Below, in pieces: positions 39,365 to 54,440 of a stretch of DNA of 64,000 bases. The number at the start of each line of letters is the position of its first letter. Position 1 is the stretch's first letter. Origin of the DNA: Octopus sinensis (taxonomy: Eukaryota); assembly GCF_006345805.1 (NCBI RefSeq), contig NC_043001.1, positions 54,188,001-54,252,000 on the forward strand. The letters are read 5' to 3'. The notes beneath the pieces were generated by a model. It was not told where the DNA came from. It saw only the letters and a program-made list of their open reading frames with translations, and ran no database searches. The position numbers and the translations under genes are program-made.

Positions 39365-39900
39365 GTTGCAGTGTATATTTTTTTAACTATGACATTGTGC
39401 CTAACAGATAGCATCGTAAGGACATTTTCAGACAATGTGGGTTACATCTTCAGCATTACTTACACTGCGTCTGCATGGGTTATCATATCTAGATGTTTTG
39501 TGTGCATCTCCATTTCATTAATGTACATCTGTTCTGTCATTATTTCCTGTCCTTCAGTTTCAAAGACACACCCACCTTAAAGTGAGAGCTAACTTGTCAG
39601 CTGCTTCTCTGAGACAGACTGCTTTGGCTTTTAATGTTTTTCACAAGTTCCTGAGCATATAGACGTGCATGACTTGCTGGTAAGCAGAATACCATTCATA
39701 TGATTTTCTGTTGCAGATTTTGTGTAACTTCTTTGCATGTGCATCTCTGATCTTGGACAGATGATTCATTTCAATGAACCACTTCTTATGCTAGTTGTTT
39801 CATGAAAGTAGATTTGATACTTGGGTGCATTTTGGTGCTTGGTGATTAGAATATGTTTTTGAAAGGAAATAATGCAACATCCAAATGCTGTTTGAAATAA
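39365..39900 (-). mobile_element. R4/Dong-like relic (post-RT zinc-knuckle region)
   Basis: VFETEGQEI, DNPCRRSVSNAEDVTHIV*KCP and SVRHNVIVKKIY resemble FAIQEQEI / CRLC...ED.THI.S.CP / RHD.VAK. Confidence 0.6.
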
Positions 39901-41788
39901 TATCTTAACCTCCTTGTTTTCATTTCAGTAAAAAAAAACTTCGATTTCCCTTTTAAGGTGCAAATTTCTGATGATATTTAACATGTTATGATTTTAAAAT
40001 CAATGACTTGGACATGAGTTAGCATTTGTTTGAGTAGCCGAAATGGTGATACCAGCACTGATGCTGCAACACAATTTTGTTAACTGATTATTGTTAGTAG
40101 AGAGCTCTGAGCACCATATTTTTATCCCGGTCTTATATTTCTTGGTTACGCTTTCCTTCTTAAAAGTCCTCTGTTCAGATTTGAATATGGACAGTCAATA
40201 CCAATATTAGATAAAATTTTCTACTAATAGACTAACACTTACAAACTCTATACGAATATCTTAGATTTCATCTAACGTCCAATCAAGTATCCACATCTTG
40301 GTAACAACATTGGTACAGCGTTTCCTTTGATTTCGATTGTAATTACTGTTAATTACTTTTGTTACAGATTTCCTCGCCGGCAGAGTTTAATTTGTCTTTC
40401 AGAATGATTAGTCTCTATTCAACAATTCTTTTCTTCCTGTGTTCAATAACTTCCTCTGTTAATTTTTAGTTCGGTTGTAACGTATTTATTCGTTGATTGT
40501 CCATTTCAGAAGTTCTTGAACATAATATGCCAACGAAGTTCTTAGAGGCGATTCATCCTGCTAGTAATAGAAACCGAATTTAACCTTGGATCACATCTAG
40601 CCTTTTTAAAATATATATATTGAAAACATTGGATAATGTATTATATACACTATGACAAAAACAAGCGTTCCAGTCATGATTGGAACGCTTTAGTGACTCA
40701 GTTACTAATCAGTCGTAATTCAACGACCTTATTCATTTTTTACTAATTCATAATCCATAATCATATTTGCGGGTTTGTTGTCTTCAACATGCTACTGTAA
40801 CAATAACAAATATATGTTTTCAAAAAGAAAGAATAGATTATTTATTTCATAAATATTTGCGTACATTGTCCTGAATTAAAGGTCATGTCTGGTCTATGAG
40901 AGGCTTCGTTTTGTCTTTTTAATCTGAGTTGAATCGTACAACAGTGGTTTTGGGGAGAAACACGTGTTCTTTGAACATCATATTAAAAGCACTTTTTTGT
41001 TGTTTATATTCCTGGCCCTTCTCGTGTTTTATTCTCTTATTGTTAGTATACCTCTTAATATAGTCTGTGATAGCTGTGTTATGCATTGTGCGATATGGTC
41101 TCGTTATAAATGGAAACCTCTGGCTGTTATATTTATCTTTATTTGTTTATACCAGCTTTGTTTACAACACCTTGGTAAGATACGTTGTCTTCAATATCTA
41201 TGTATTTATAGCACTCATTTGTAGAAAAGTGAAATTTGAGAGACCTTACATGCGAAGGTTTTGTGTGTGTGTGTGTGTGCGCGCGCGCGTGTGTGTGTGT
41301 GTGCGTGTGCGGGTGAGAAAGAGAGAGAGAGATCATAGAACTGGTTCATGCAGCTAGTAGTTTGAACATAATATTTAGACAAATATTGGGTTTTATGCTG
41401 AGTTAATGATTCCATTCTTAGTTAAAGGATTAATTTGGTATATCACCTTGGACTTGCATACTTTTTTCTCGATGGAGTAGTGATAATTATGTATATATGT
41501 ACGCATACATGCATCTATGTATGTATGTATGTATATATAGCACAAATATGACCAAGTATATAACAAGTTTGTTTCACAATCATGTGACTTCGTGTTCGAT
41601 CTGACAGCGTGGCCTCGTGATTAATTATTGTTTGCCATAGCCTCTAACAGAGCCACGTCATGTGAGAGAATTGGATTTCTGGAACTGTTGAAGTCTGTTG
41701 AATGGAGTGTACCTATAAATGTATTTATGGAATATTAAACCACTACGATATAATACTATAACGATATAATACTATGATATAATACTAT

Positions 41789-42010
41789 TAAGGCGGCGAG
41801 CTGGCAGAAACGTTAGCACGCCGGGCGAAATGCTTAGCGGTATTTTGTCTAAGTTACGTTCTGAGTTCAAATTCCGCCGAGGTCGACTTTGCTTTTCATC
41901 CTTTCGGGGTCGATAAATTAAGTACCAGTTATGCAGTAATCGACTTAATACCTATGTCTGTCCTTGTTTGTCCCCTCTGTGTTTAGCCCCTTGTGGGTAA
42001 TAAAGAAATA
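41789..42010 (+). mobile_element. SINE family C, young long-tail copy with 13-bp flanking direct repeat
   Basis: GGCGGCGAGCTGGCAGAAACGTTAGC...GGGTAATAAAGAAATA; GATATAATACTAT at 41776-88 and 42011-23. Confidence 0.92.
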
Positions 42011-44069
42011 GATATAATACTATGACTGGAGAGTTTAATTGCTCGAACAGCTAGAGCACACATCGTTGAAACCAATGAAGATCCATTTCCTTTTATTTTA
42101 TGATTATATATAAATATATATGTATTATTTACGTGTATATATACATACACACACATGCAGAGAGAGAGAGAGGCAGAGAGACAGAGACAGACAGACAGAA
42201 ATAGGATAGTTATACGTATGTATATATCTATCTATCTAGATATATGTACGTGTATGTATATACGTAAATATATGTATACATATATATATGATGCATGCAA
42301 GCAGTTATATACAAGATGAGTCAAATTCTTCATGCTAAGCAAAGAAGTCTTTCGTCGGTCTTAACTAAGTTTAACATTTTTGTCACATCATCGTTTTCAC
42401 TGTGTATTTTCTTTCGTATGCTGGTGAAGAAGTTATTTCCTCAATAACCAGAACAGAGCATCTGAAAGGATTCTGTGACTAGAATGAGTATTAAACTGAT
42501 TTCTAAAGCTACATTTCTGAAGTTACTTTAGATTGAGATGTTGAACACACATTTTACCGGTGTCTCTTACATAAGAAGACATTAATTGCATATACGCATT
42601 TTTTTTTTTATCAATCGTTCTGGTTTCAGCTATTTTGCGTGTGGCTGTCCTGCGGCACCAAAATATTTTCTTTTGCTGATTAATAGTGCTGACACCTCTC
42701 ATTTGCAATGTATTCTTCGTATTCAGCACTGAAAAAAACAAGATGTTTGGCTTATGGGACTTAACTGCATATAAGGGAACGCTATTAGATGAATTAACAA
42801 GTGCTGTTACCAGAAATATGCCACAAATTAATCAAAGTGCTGTCTTCCAAGAGGCAGTAGTGCAGAAAATGGTATTCCCTTTGCAACTGGATGTAGTAAA
42901 ACTAATTACGTGAATGTATAGAGGTTTTCGATCATTAGATGTTTTGATGCTTGATTATCAGATGCCTTAGTTAGTAATCCAGTTAAGGGTGGGGAAAGCA
43001 TTTTCTTTTTAAACCTTATAAAGAATAATCAATATCGATTGCTAATACAAGTGTTTCCCTAGCAACAGCTACAATTAAACATAATCATGGTTGTCCGATT
43101 TATATTGTTTAAAAGACAATGTACATTAAGTGACAAAACAATGACAACGGATATTTTAAGCAAATAGCATTTCATTCAGAACGATATGTCGACAAAAGAA
43201 ATATTTGAAAACTGCCATTATAACTAAGAACATGTTGAAGTAGGGAAACACAGAGGTCTCTTTTGCTTTAGTGTTAGATAATGTGTTAGATAATCTGTTT
43301 AAAATTTCAAGACTAGCTTTGAAAAACTGCTAATACATGAGACAATAATTGTTTTGCAGTTAGATGAACAACTAACAAAGAACGTCATAATATTAATTTA
43401 GTTTACACTTAGATGAATAACTAACAAAGGACGTTATGATAGAAATGCTGATTGTGCTCTTAATGAATTTCATGTCTCCTATCAATGTTGAATGACACTT
43501 AACCACAGCTTTTAAGTATGCAGTAAGCTCTGATGTACTTGAAAAAGACGTGGGTGGTACGACTGCTAGTAGTTATTCTCTGCATCAAAACGGAATGGGT
43601 TTATACTGATCTGTTAAAAGCAACCAGTGGGAACTTATTGAAATATTACCCACTTTAGTCCGGTTCGAAGTAAAATACATCTGTATTCTGATATTTTATA
43701 AGGGTTTGACTAATGTTATTAATACATTATTAATTAAAGCTCTGTTATGAACATAACACTAGATGGTCTCTTAGATTTCATATTCATAATGATGTAAACC
43801 TTTTGTCATCGGAATTATGATATGCTATATCAGCTTTCTCATTAAGTTGCTTATTTGTGCATTTACTACATTTCATATAACGTATCTCTGCACCACAGTA
43901 GAATTGATACTTGGACGCATATTATGTCTAATCAAAACAAACCTATTATCACTGTTGGGTGTCAGAAAAAGCTGAATTCGAATAGGAACCATGGCAAGTT
44001 GAAGAAAATATAATTATCTTCAACTGTTAATGTCAGCCTCAAGATCTACTAAAAGGTTACCAATAATTA

Positions 44070-45262
<1,193 letters not shown>

Positions 45263-47656
45263 CAACAAGCATTGATATTTCTGTATTATATTACAAGAGA
45301 CTAACATACAAGAAGCAGCAACAGAACCGCCTCAAATCCCAAACTACTTTCTTAAAAATGAATATGAGAAGTTATTTAATTCTATATTCACTGTCTGAAT
45401 AAAAGGCGAAATAGTCGTAGATAGAACACCTTTCATTATAAGTCCACTTTATCAGGCTTAATCTGGGCCTAAACAAAAGCAAAATTTCTAATTCAACCAG
45501 AAATAAATATTTCTTCATTGGTCATGAAACGTTATTTTATATAAGTATGATTTGGCTATATTGAAATCGATATAATTAATTCTGAGTTTCTCGTTAATTG
45601 GTCGGGTAAGTTTTATATCTCTATTTTATTAATCTTGTGCGAATTGATTTATTTCAAATTTCATACCAGACCTTCAAAATTATTTTATCCCTGGAGCGTT
45701 TGCCAAGTTTCTAAATTACATGTAATTGACTAGTCTTCTTATGGTGTTGCATTAAATGGAATATACAATATTAAATTATATTCTAGTTTCTTAGCAATTA
45801 CTCGTATTATAAACTGTGTCCCTAATTGAATAAAATGCTATTTTCTATTAAGAAAATCAACTATTTTCGCTTAGATTTTCTCCACTTCCTTTTCCTTTTC
45901 AATCTTCCTTCTATTTATCTTTTTCAGTCATCTCGTTCTTCTTCCTCTTTCTTCAGCTCAATCTTTTCTTTCTTTCTTGTTTTCTACTGTTACTACGACA
46001 GCTACTACGTCGACAACTACTACTGCTCCATATTTTTCTTCCGCTCTTTCCTCTGTCTTGTTTTATTCTCTATATCCTCTTATTTTTTCTTCTTCGTTTT
46101 GAAATTTTTCAATCTGTTCCTTCTATTTTTACTTAGTTAATATTATTATTGCTGTTATTTTATTTTATTGCAATCTGTTGTTGCTTTTTTTTTCTATTTA
46201 AGACGGCACACGGAGAAAAGTTATATGTCTACTATAATGTAAACGCTATTTGTGCCAAATAAACTTTGTTCTCAAATTACAGATAATGGCATATATTAAT
46301 AAACTATGTTAATTATGAGCTTAATAATACTCTGTGTATGACCTTTCCTCTAAAACTTTTAATTAGCAGATTTGTATTCCAAAAATGATACTTAAAATGT
46401 GATACTAATTTTCGTCTTCTTTGTTATTCAATAAATTATTTGATGACAGGTAAATTAATTCCTTAAGGCAAAATGTTTTACAATAAAACTGTATTCGCTA
46501 AATTTTAGACTATATAAATTATGAATTATAGCTTTCCATTAAAAGTAAAGCTATCTACGTTAATCCAGACGGAAACGAACAAAAGCACAATCGCACACAC
46601 GTACGCAAACACACACAATCTCACATATATGTGTGCGAACATAATCCCCATATATATGTGTGTGTATATGTGTGTGTATATATACATATATAGAGATACA
46701 GACAGACAGACAGACAGACAGTGAGTTGGATACATTTTATGTTCGTGTATGTGTGCGTATATGTATTTATACATATATATATATATATATATACATACAT
46801 ATGTGTGTGTGTGCGTGTGTTTAAATAAATATATGTATAGATGCGTGACTATATATGCATGCGGAGATATCGGTATGTGTGCTTCTACTTAACAAGGACA
46901 GTATGGTGCCATTTCGATATGAAACTGACCAGCCAATAATTTGGACAAAATGGAATAAGTAAAAAGACAAAATGGCATAAACAAGATAAGAGGGGGCACA
47001 TGGGACAGAGAGCCACTGATGAGGTCAGAGGATGTGTGACGAAAGAACTTTAGCAGAGAGGGAAGGAGAGAGAGGCAAGGTAACGGGAGCGGATTAGAGA
47101 AAATCGAGTAAGAACAACCAGAGTAGGAAGAAACGACAATAGGAAAAAGCAGAAAGTACAAAAAAGTTAAGAAAAGTTCAAAAGGTTCAAAAGCTTCAGG
47201 CGTCGTTGTGTATTGGAGCTATTTTTCATCAACGGAGGAGTCCAGTGTAATCCATGAGCAGGAGAGGTGCAGCCGAAATGTACGAAAATAGAAAGTCCAG
47301 TTAGAGAATCCGTAAAAGTTCGTTGGGTGATGAGAGGAGACAGGATCAACTGGTGCAACCACGTGAGCGTGTAATATAAGGGGAGAATTCACTAAAAAGA
47401 ACAAAAGATGAAGATAGGTGGTATAGACAACAAACAGATGTATTAGTTTAACACTTGGGAAGTGAAGAAGTCTGAGAGCTAGGAAGAAGGGGACATAATA
47501 AAGTAGTGGTGATCCCTAAACGAAGGTGCGTGTGCGCGTGTATAAGAAACCGACTCCTATTTCTTCTTTTTACTCCTACTCTCCTCCTCTCTTCTCTTCA
47601 CTCCTACCCACCTTCTCCTTCTTCCTTCATCGTCACCCCTCCCTAGTAACCCCACC

Positions 47657-47694
<38 letters not shown>

Positions 47695-47714
47695 GTGTGC
47701 GTGTGTTTTTGCAT

Positions 47715-47928
47715 TTGTGTCTTTGTTTGTCCCCCACCATGGCTTGACAACCGATGCTGGTGTATTTACGTCCCTGTAACTTAGCGGTTCGTCAAAAAGA
47801 GATATATAGGCTCAGAAAATAAGTCTTGGGGACGATTTATTTTATTAAAACTCTTCAAGGCAGTGCCCCAGCATGGCTGCAGTCAAATGACTAAAACAAA
47901 TAAAAGAAAGAAAAAGAATAAAAGAATA
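47715..47928 (+). mobile_element. SINE family A 3' module
   Basis: GGCAGTGCCCCAGCATGGCTGCAGTCAAATGACT plus AAAG-rich tail. Confidence 0.85.
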
Positions 47929-47944
47929 TGTATATATATGAATT

Positions 47945-48500
47945 GTATTGGTATCCAGAAGTCCCAATATGGCAGGTAACGCAACGTAAGTACTATGGAA
48001 GGACTGTGGCTAAACTCTCGGTTCAATAATGATACGAGTGAGGAGTCTAATGCAAGTCTTGTACAAGTATGTATATGTTAAATAAAATGAGACAACAAAG
48101 CCAAGGCTGTGTGGAATGTTCAGGATATTTATAAAGAAAAAGTTAGTCTTACTGGGATATTAAGGATGTCCCTTTATCAGAGACGATGTGAGGTGGTGAA
48201 ATATAGGGAAATAGTAGAGTTCAATATGATGAGCTATTTTGGTAAAGGAAGCAAATAAGGAGTATATAGGGAAATAGGAGAATGAATGTAGAAATAAAAA
48301 TAAAAATGTATAAAGATGTTATAGTTGCAGTTCCATTATCCAAGGAAAGTGATGTGTATAAATGGTAAAAATGTTTCCTGTCTGTGGTATGCAAATTCCA
48401 ATAGGTGTTCATATTTTGTCATCACAAACGGAAAGTGTGGGGACATAGATTCCATGTGCTGTTCATTCGAAGGGGTCTCGTGGTGTGAATAAAAATTTGA
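47945..48500 (-). mobile_element. Penelope-like terminal-repeat family, copy 1, with decayed hammerhead at about 48145-48185
   Basis: Homologous to 51030-51830; minus strand GTCT CTGATAA A GGGACAT...ATATCCC AG TA AGAC (GAAAC and stem III deleted). Confidence 0.55.
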
Positions 48501-49049
48501 GAATGTAGTGGTAGTAATAAGTGGATAGTGAGGGGAGAAAGGTGTGTATGTAAAAACGAAGAGAGTTGAAAGGAAAAGGTGAGAAAAGAAGAAGGAAAGA
48601 AAGGGGAAGACAAAATGAAAACAAGAAGAGAAAATGAAAAATGTAAGAAACAAAAATTTTTATAATACAATTTTAAAATCCGAAAATTCAGCCTTAAAAG
48701 TCATAGCATAATTTGGAACCTTCACAGAAACAAAGAAACAGCTAATAAGTTTTGCACTTTCTTCCTTATAATCTGACCATGAAGATAGAATTATAATTCA
48801 TAGTCAACCTTACTCCACATTTCTTTTGTCAATTTCTATATTCCTATATTTTGTATTTTGATTATAATTGTGTTTTGTCTGTCACTATATCTATGGATTT
48901 AGTACTGTCTGTAAACTGCCAAAAATGACGCATCACTTTGGGTATACATACTTCCAATGAGTGAATAAGAGCATACAAAGGATTTATTTATCCACTGGCA
49001 TTTTACACCTTGGATAAAAGATATACATATATATATATATATATATATA

Positions 49050-49089
<40 letters not shown>

Positions 49090-49274
49090 GTAATAATTTT
49101 TCCCTTGTTAAAAATTAATACGGAAAAAATAGATAAATAGTTACCAGGGTAGCAAAAAATCATTATATTGTTTTACACCATTTTATTCTTTTGGAATAAT
49201 ATCAGTGATATCTTCGAAACGTGGGTCGGAAGTAAAAGAATTTGAATAACACCTGCATTAAACTCTATTTTTTA

Positions 49275-49327
<53 letters not shown>

Positions 49328-49697
49328 CGTCTTTGATATAAATATTCATAAATATATATAAGGAATAATTATAACGATAGAGAATATGGAGACCGGTACA
49401 TTCTCAAAATTTGTTTTTATTTTACTTTACAGTGTCATACAGTACATTTTTATGGTTACAACCTACACGTGTTCCCACTGCACAGATTGAGGCAATTTGC
49501 ATATGCAGCCAGGAATAATTTTCTGTGCAGCTTTCAACCAAATATTACGATCTAGTGAAGTGAATACGAAATTGCCCATCGTAGGAATTTACAGCGTGAG
49601 TGACAACACGAAGTAGTCATAGACGTTAAATAGTTATAGATGCGGTGAGCCGGAACCTGGAACATAACTGATAATATATCCCTCTAAACTCACATTA

Positions 49698-49768
<71 letters not shown>

Positions 49769-50040
49769 AATAATATTCGGGTAAAAAAACTTGTAGAATG
49801 TTATGTAAAGCTCCTCAATTATTGGCTACCTAATGTCATCATACAGTGAAAATGCTCCTACTACTGGATATATATCGTAGAGAATTTCATAGAGTCCGTA
49901 GATTTTGTGTAGATAGATAATTGTTATTAAAACTGTATGAACGATATTCTTTATTTATAAATGCTACACTTGTTTCGACACATTTTTCCATTTTTACACT
50001 TGTTTTAGGTTAATCAGATGTTATGTCATTATCATCTATT

Positions 50041-50225
50041 CTTTTACTTGTTTCACTCATTTGACTGCGGCTGTGCTGGAGCACCACCCTTAGTCGAACA
50101 ACTCGACCCCAGGATTAATTATTTATGAACCTAGTACTTATTCTATCGGTCTCTTTTCCCTAACTGCTAAGTTACGGGAACGTAAACATACTAACATCGG
50201 TTGCCAAACGATGATGGGGACACAG

Positions 50226-50272
<47 letters not shown>

Positions 50273-50412
50273 ATATACAACGGATTACTTTCAGTTTCCA
50301 TCTTTGATCAGCCGAAGCTATGGTAGAAGACACTTGCCCAAGGTGCTACGTAGTGGGACTGAACCCGGAACCACGTGGCTAGAAAGCAAGCTTCTTACCA
50401 CACATCTACGCC
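50041..50412 (-). mobile_element. SINE family A, full length
   Basis: Tail, internal (TA)n and head ending ACCACACATCTACGCC. Confidence 0.88.
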
Positions 50413-51029
50413 TGGTTTGCGTTACCATAGGATATAAAAATATCAAAGAAATGTCTTCAAAGGTTTTGGTCAATTAAATCCACCTATGTACCACTTATCC
50501 GAACAGGGTGAATGTAAACAAAGAAACTGGTTGTGTTGCTATACTGCTGTATTTATTCTGGCATTTGCCTATGAGTTCAAATCTATCTGGGTTCAATTTT
50601 GCCCTTCATGCATTCAGGATCAGTAAATAATATTAAGTATTGGAGTAACTTTTTATCTCTTTCTCTTACTACCTTTATTTTTGTTTCTCTCGCTCTGTTT
50701 TGGAATGATTAGGTAGCACTTAACAAAGGGCTGTGGAAGAAAACTTACTCTGTCGTTTTTTTTTTCAGGTAATGAAAAGGGTTAGACCCGTTGCTAATAG
50801 ATGCTTCACAGAGAAAGGTCCCTTCTAGTGCTGGAGTCATTCAAGAACATACAGTTATTCAGCTTATCATGGAAGAGAAATAACGAAGACAAAAGTAAAC
50901 TCAATTGAGCCCAAACGGTACAATGTAGGCGAATTCAAGTTCTATATTCGGTGCATTCGATACACAGCTTATTTTTACACCTCATGCTGATACACACAAG
51001 TATGTATGTGTAAATATATATATGAGAGG

Positions 51030-51830
51030 TATTGGTGTCTAGAAGACCCAAAGAGTGGCAGGTAACGCTAAGTAAGTGCTATGGACAGACCGTAGTTAAA
51101 CTCTTGGTTCGATAGTGATACGAGTAAGGAGTCTAATGTGTGTCTTGTATTACCTTATATATAGAGGGGTAAATATTTGAGTTCGAAATAAGGAATTATT
51201 ATGGAAAAGGAGATGGGGAATCTAGAAGGAAATACGAGAATGAAAGTAGAAATAAAATATAAAATATATAAAGATATTGTAGTAGCAGTTCCATTACTCG
51301 GGGAAAGTGGTGTATAGAAATGGTAAAAAAAGTTTCCTGTACATAATATGTAAGTTTCAGTAGTAGTTCATGTTTAGTCATTTCAAAGTATGGAGCCGTA
51401 GATTCTGTGTTGTTCATTCGAAAGTGTCTTGTGGTTTAAACTCTTTCGAATGAGCAAAACAGAATCTACAGCTCCATACTTTGAAATGACTAAACATGAA
51501 CTACTTTTGGAACTTACAAACCATGTACAGGAAACTATTTTACCACTTCTATACACTACTTTCCTCGAATAATGGAACTGCAACCACAATATCTTTATAT
51601 ATTTTATATTTTATTTCTACTTTCATTTTCTTATTTCCCTCTACATTCCCTATCTCTTCTTTTTCCATAATAATTCCTTATTTCGAACTCAAATATTTAC
51701 TTCTATTTAACCATCTCACATCGTCTCCATGAAGGGATATCCATAATATCCCAGAAACAGTTCTAAGACTATATGTATATCCTTTCCTTACAAATGTCCT
51801 GAAAACTCACAATCTTAGCTTTGTTATCTA
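51030..51830. mobile_element. Penelope-like terminal-repeat family, copy 2: ~256-bp inverted arms plus decayed hammerhead at 51723-51769
   Basis: Arms 51169-51424 and 51443-51700; GTCT CCATGA A GGGATAT-ccata-ATATCCC A GAAA C-AGTT-C TA AGAC. Confidence 0.6.
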
Positions 51831-51999
51831 ATTTTGTCTAATATATATATATATATATATTACTAATAAGCGTTGTTCTTTGCAGTGAACAAAAACAATT
51901 TGCCACTTTGTACTTAAAGTTATGAATTGTCCAAACTTCTACTTTAAAAACGCAAAGCTCTTTGCACAACCTATAATTTATCAGTATGTATTACTTGCT

Positions 52000-52560
52000 T
52001 TCCAATCCATTGGTTGATCAGCACTCCAAATTGCTCAATCTTGGGCTTACATACGGGAATTTTACCACGGTCTTCCGCTGGTTCGAAGTTCTTTTTCATA
52101 GTTCTCGGTATGAGAGGCATTTTTCAGGAAACCTTTTAAATTCCTTCACTTTTTCAATGCTTTCGCCATTTTCTTAGTAACGCCTTTGTATTTTTAAGGC
52201 ACAAATTCACTATTTTTTCTTTCTTCTATATTTGTAATCAGATTTAGCTAGTTTAAAAAGTATTGTGTTGGCATTATCCTTCGACTTGACCAGAATCGAT
52301 TCGTTTAAAATTATGTTTACAAATCATACATACATTTCTCCATATCCATTTTCAAAGAGCTGTTTATCTATCCTGTGTAGTATTCTCGGGAACAAAAATA
52401 TGATTTCAAGTCAATGACAAAAATCACCTATTACCATGTTGTGTTAGCTTTTTATATTCTACACCGGCAAAGTCACAAAATTCTTTCAGCTGCGTCACAC
52501 GAACTGTATAAGTGTGAAAATATTTGAACCTCTTTTTAAGTGCATCGCTCTCAATCCGTA
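52000..52560 (-). mobile_element. Possible Penelope-like RT thumb/linker relic
   Basis: EYKS*...LFPRILHRIDKQLFENGYG...KTVVKFPYV resembles the PLE pattern YK.S...FH.EL..I...L..NGYP...LPY. Confidence 0.35.
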
Positions 52561-52754
52561 ATGATTAACAACGGTTCAGAAACACTTGTGCGCAATGCGG
52601 GCAGCAAGGTGGCGTTCCAGTTTGGCTTTTAATCAGTTAAATATGCAGTACTTGCTTTTTTTATTATTGTACACCAATAAATTTGATTTGAAATTGTCCT
52701 CACAGAGTGTAGTGAACTTTCCCGTCAACTCGTTATACTCCACAACTGAGACTA

Positions 52755-52780
52755 AAGCATTAGCCGGGCGATACTGCTAG
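52755..52780 (+). mobile_element. Helitron 3' terminus of the same family as 16104-16486; 5' end not located
   Basis: GCCGGGCGATACTGCTAG|T is identical to the end at 16469-16487. Confidence 0.65.
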
Positions 52781-52874
52781 TAGTAAATAAAATCTATCTA
52801 GATTTGTGTGTATATGTGTGTGTCTGTATGTGTGTGTGTGTGTCTGTGTGTGTCTGTGTCTCTGCGTGGGTCTG

Positions 52875-53085
52875 TGTGTCTGTGTTTGCTCCCCACGAAA
52901 GCTAAGCTTGACAACTGGTGCTAGGGTGTTTACATCCTCGTAACCTATCGGTTCAGCAACATATACCGATAGAATAACTACCAGGCATAAAATTTTTTTT
53001 AAACGTACAGGTCGATTCACTGCCTAAGGCAGTGCCCCATCATGGCGCAGTCTAATGGCTGAAAGAAGTAAAAGATAAAAGATAA
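52875..53085 (+). mobile_element. SINE family A 3' module
   Basis: CTTGACAAC...GGCAGTGCCCCATCATGG...AGTAAAAGATAAAAGA. Confidence 0.75.
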
Positions 53086-53546
53086 TAGTTAAGAAAATAA
53101 CAGGGGGCATTTATCTGATTGATATTCACAAACAAGAATCATTCGCGCGCGCGTACAGGTGTGTGTGTGCGTGCGTGCGAGTGTGTGTGTGTGTTCCTAT
53201 TTCAGTACCTGTATAGAGTAACAGTAACATTTTACATTCATATATTCATTATCGTTACGAGAAAACTGAAATATTCAAGATTACATAAACGAATGCTTAC
53301 AGATATGTGTATGGTTCTGAATATGCATCAATATGTATTTTAACTCAGTTTTGTTTAATATATATAAATATATGCATGAAGCATCTTTTTTTTTCCTTTC
53401 GTATCCGTGTATACTTAAGTCTACGTAATAAATGTCTTAAAGTCATTTCTTGACATTTGTTATATGAATGGCATAGCGCGCGCGCATGCACACACATACA
53501 CAAACGCATATTTATTCCTCTCTCTCTCTCTATATATATATATATG

Positions 53547-53590
<44 letters not shown>

Positions 53591-54180
53591 AATACATATA
53601 TATGTATGCATTTATATGTATATATTCATATATACATATGTTTATATATATATAATATATACATATATATATATATATATAATATCTCTCTCTATATATA
53701 TATACATATCATATATATATATATATAATGTTTACACTGAATGTCAAGAATTAAATCTTGAGATACTTGCTCATGTGCGCGCCCTGTTATGTGTGTATCA
53801 GAAGCAACATTCCAAATTCTTTCCTAAGATACAATTTAAGAGAGATTTGGGTGTTATTTCTAGTAACTGAAGCTCACTCCTCAGTTCGTGCAAGTATATG
53901 TGTAGTCGGTATGTGATTTTGAACAGGTAAAGGAATATTTTCTATCAAAACACGAAAACAAATTCTTACAGAAAAGTGATTTTTCACTCTTTTGACATTA
54001 CTCGATGTCAGACATCCGTTATCTCTTCGGTATTTTGGCAAAATACGTATTTATTTGCGTTTGTTATGGAATCCACATAAGTAAGTAGACATTTCTTTAG
54101 TATAGAATCGGATTTTTGTTTCATCTTTTGCAGAACCACGTGTGTATAGGACTAATGCTATTTGATAAATAGTTTAGTTG

Positions 54181-54215
<35 letters not shown>

Positions 54216-54227
54216 ATATATTATATA

Positions 54228-54309
<82 letters not shown>

Positions 54310-54314
54310 TATAT

Positions 54315-54352
<38 letters not shown>

Positions 54353-54402
54353 GGACGCCATGATAGATCGTTAGCTCCTACACGCATTTTTTTTTCTGTG
54401 TA

Positions 54403-54440
54403 TCTTTCTGTCGAAGAGCGTACGCTCGAAACGTAAAAGA
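54403..54440 (+). ncRNA. Ultra-minimal hammerhead-like motif, one core mutation
   Basis: TCTTT CTGTCGA A GAGC-gtac-GCTC GAAA CG T A AAAGA; stem I 5 bp; A6 is replaced by U. Confidence 0.5.

Noticed and set aside
41747-41788. Short direct repeats suggestive of a CRISPR array
   Set aside because: Eukaryotic context, no spacers, no cas genes; no CRISPR array anywhere in the window.
42950-43450. hAT-like LQLDEQ fragment and a 50-bp local duplication near 43360/43410
   Set aside because: Too little contiguous similarity to call.
47016-47056. CTGATGA-G-GTCA...TGAC-GAAA hammerhead-like motif
   Set aside because: Core and stem II are present, but no stem I pairing and no credible stem III.
49960-50020. 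Minus-strand CTGATTA...GAAAC-AAGT-G-TA
   Set aside because: Core mutated and stems I and II do not pair.
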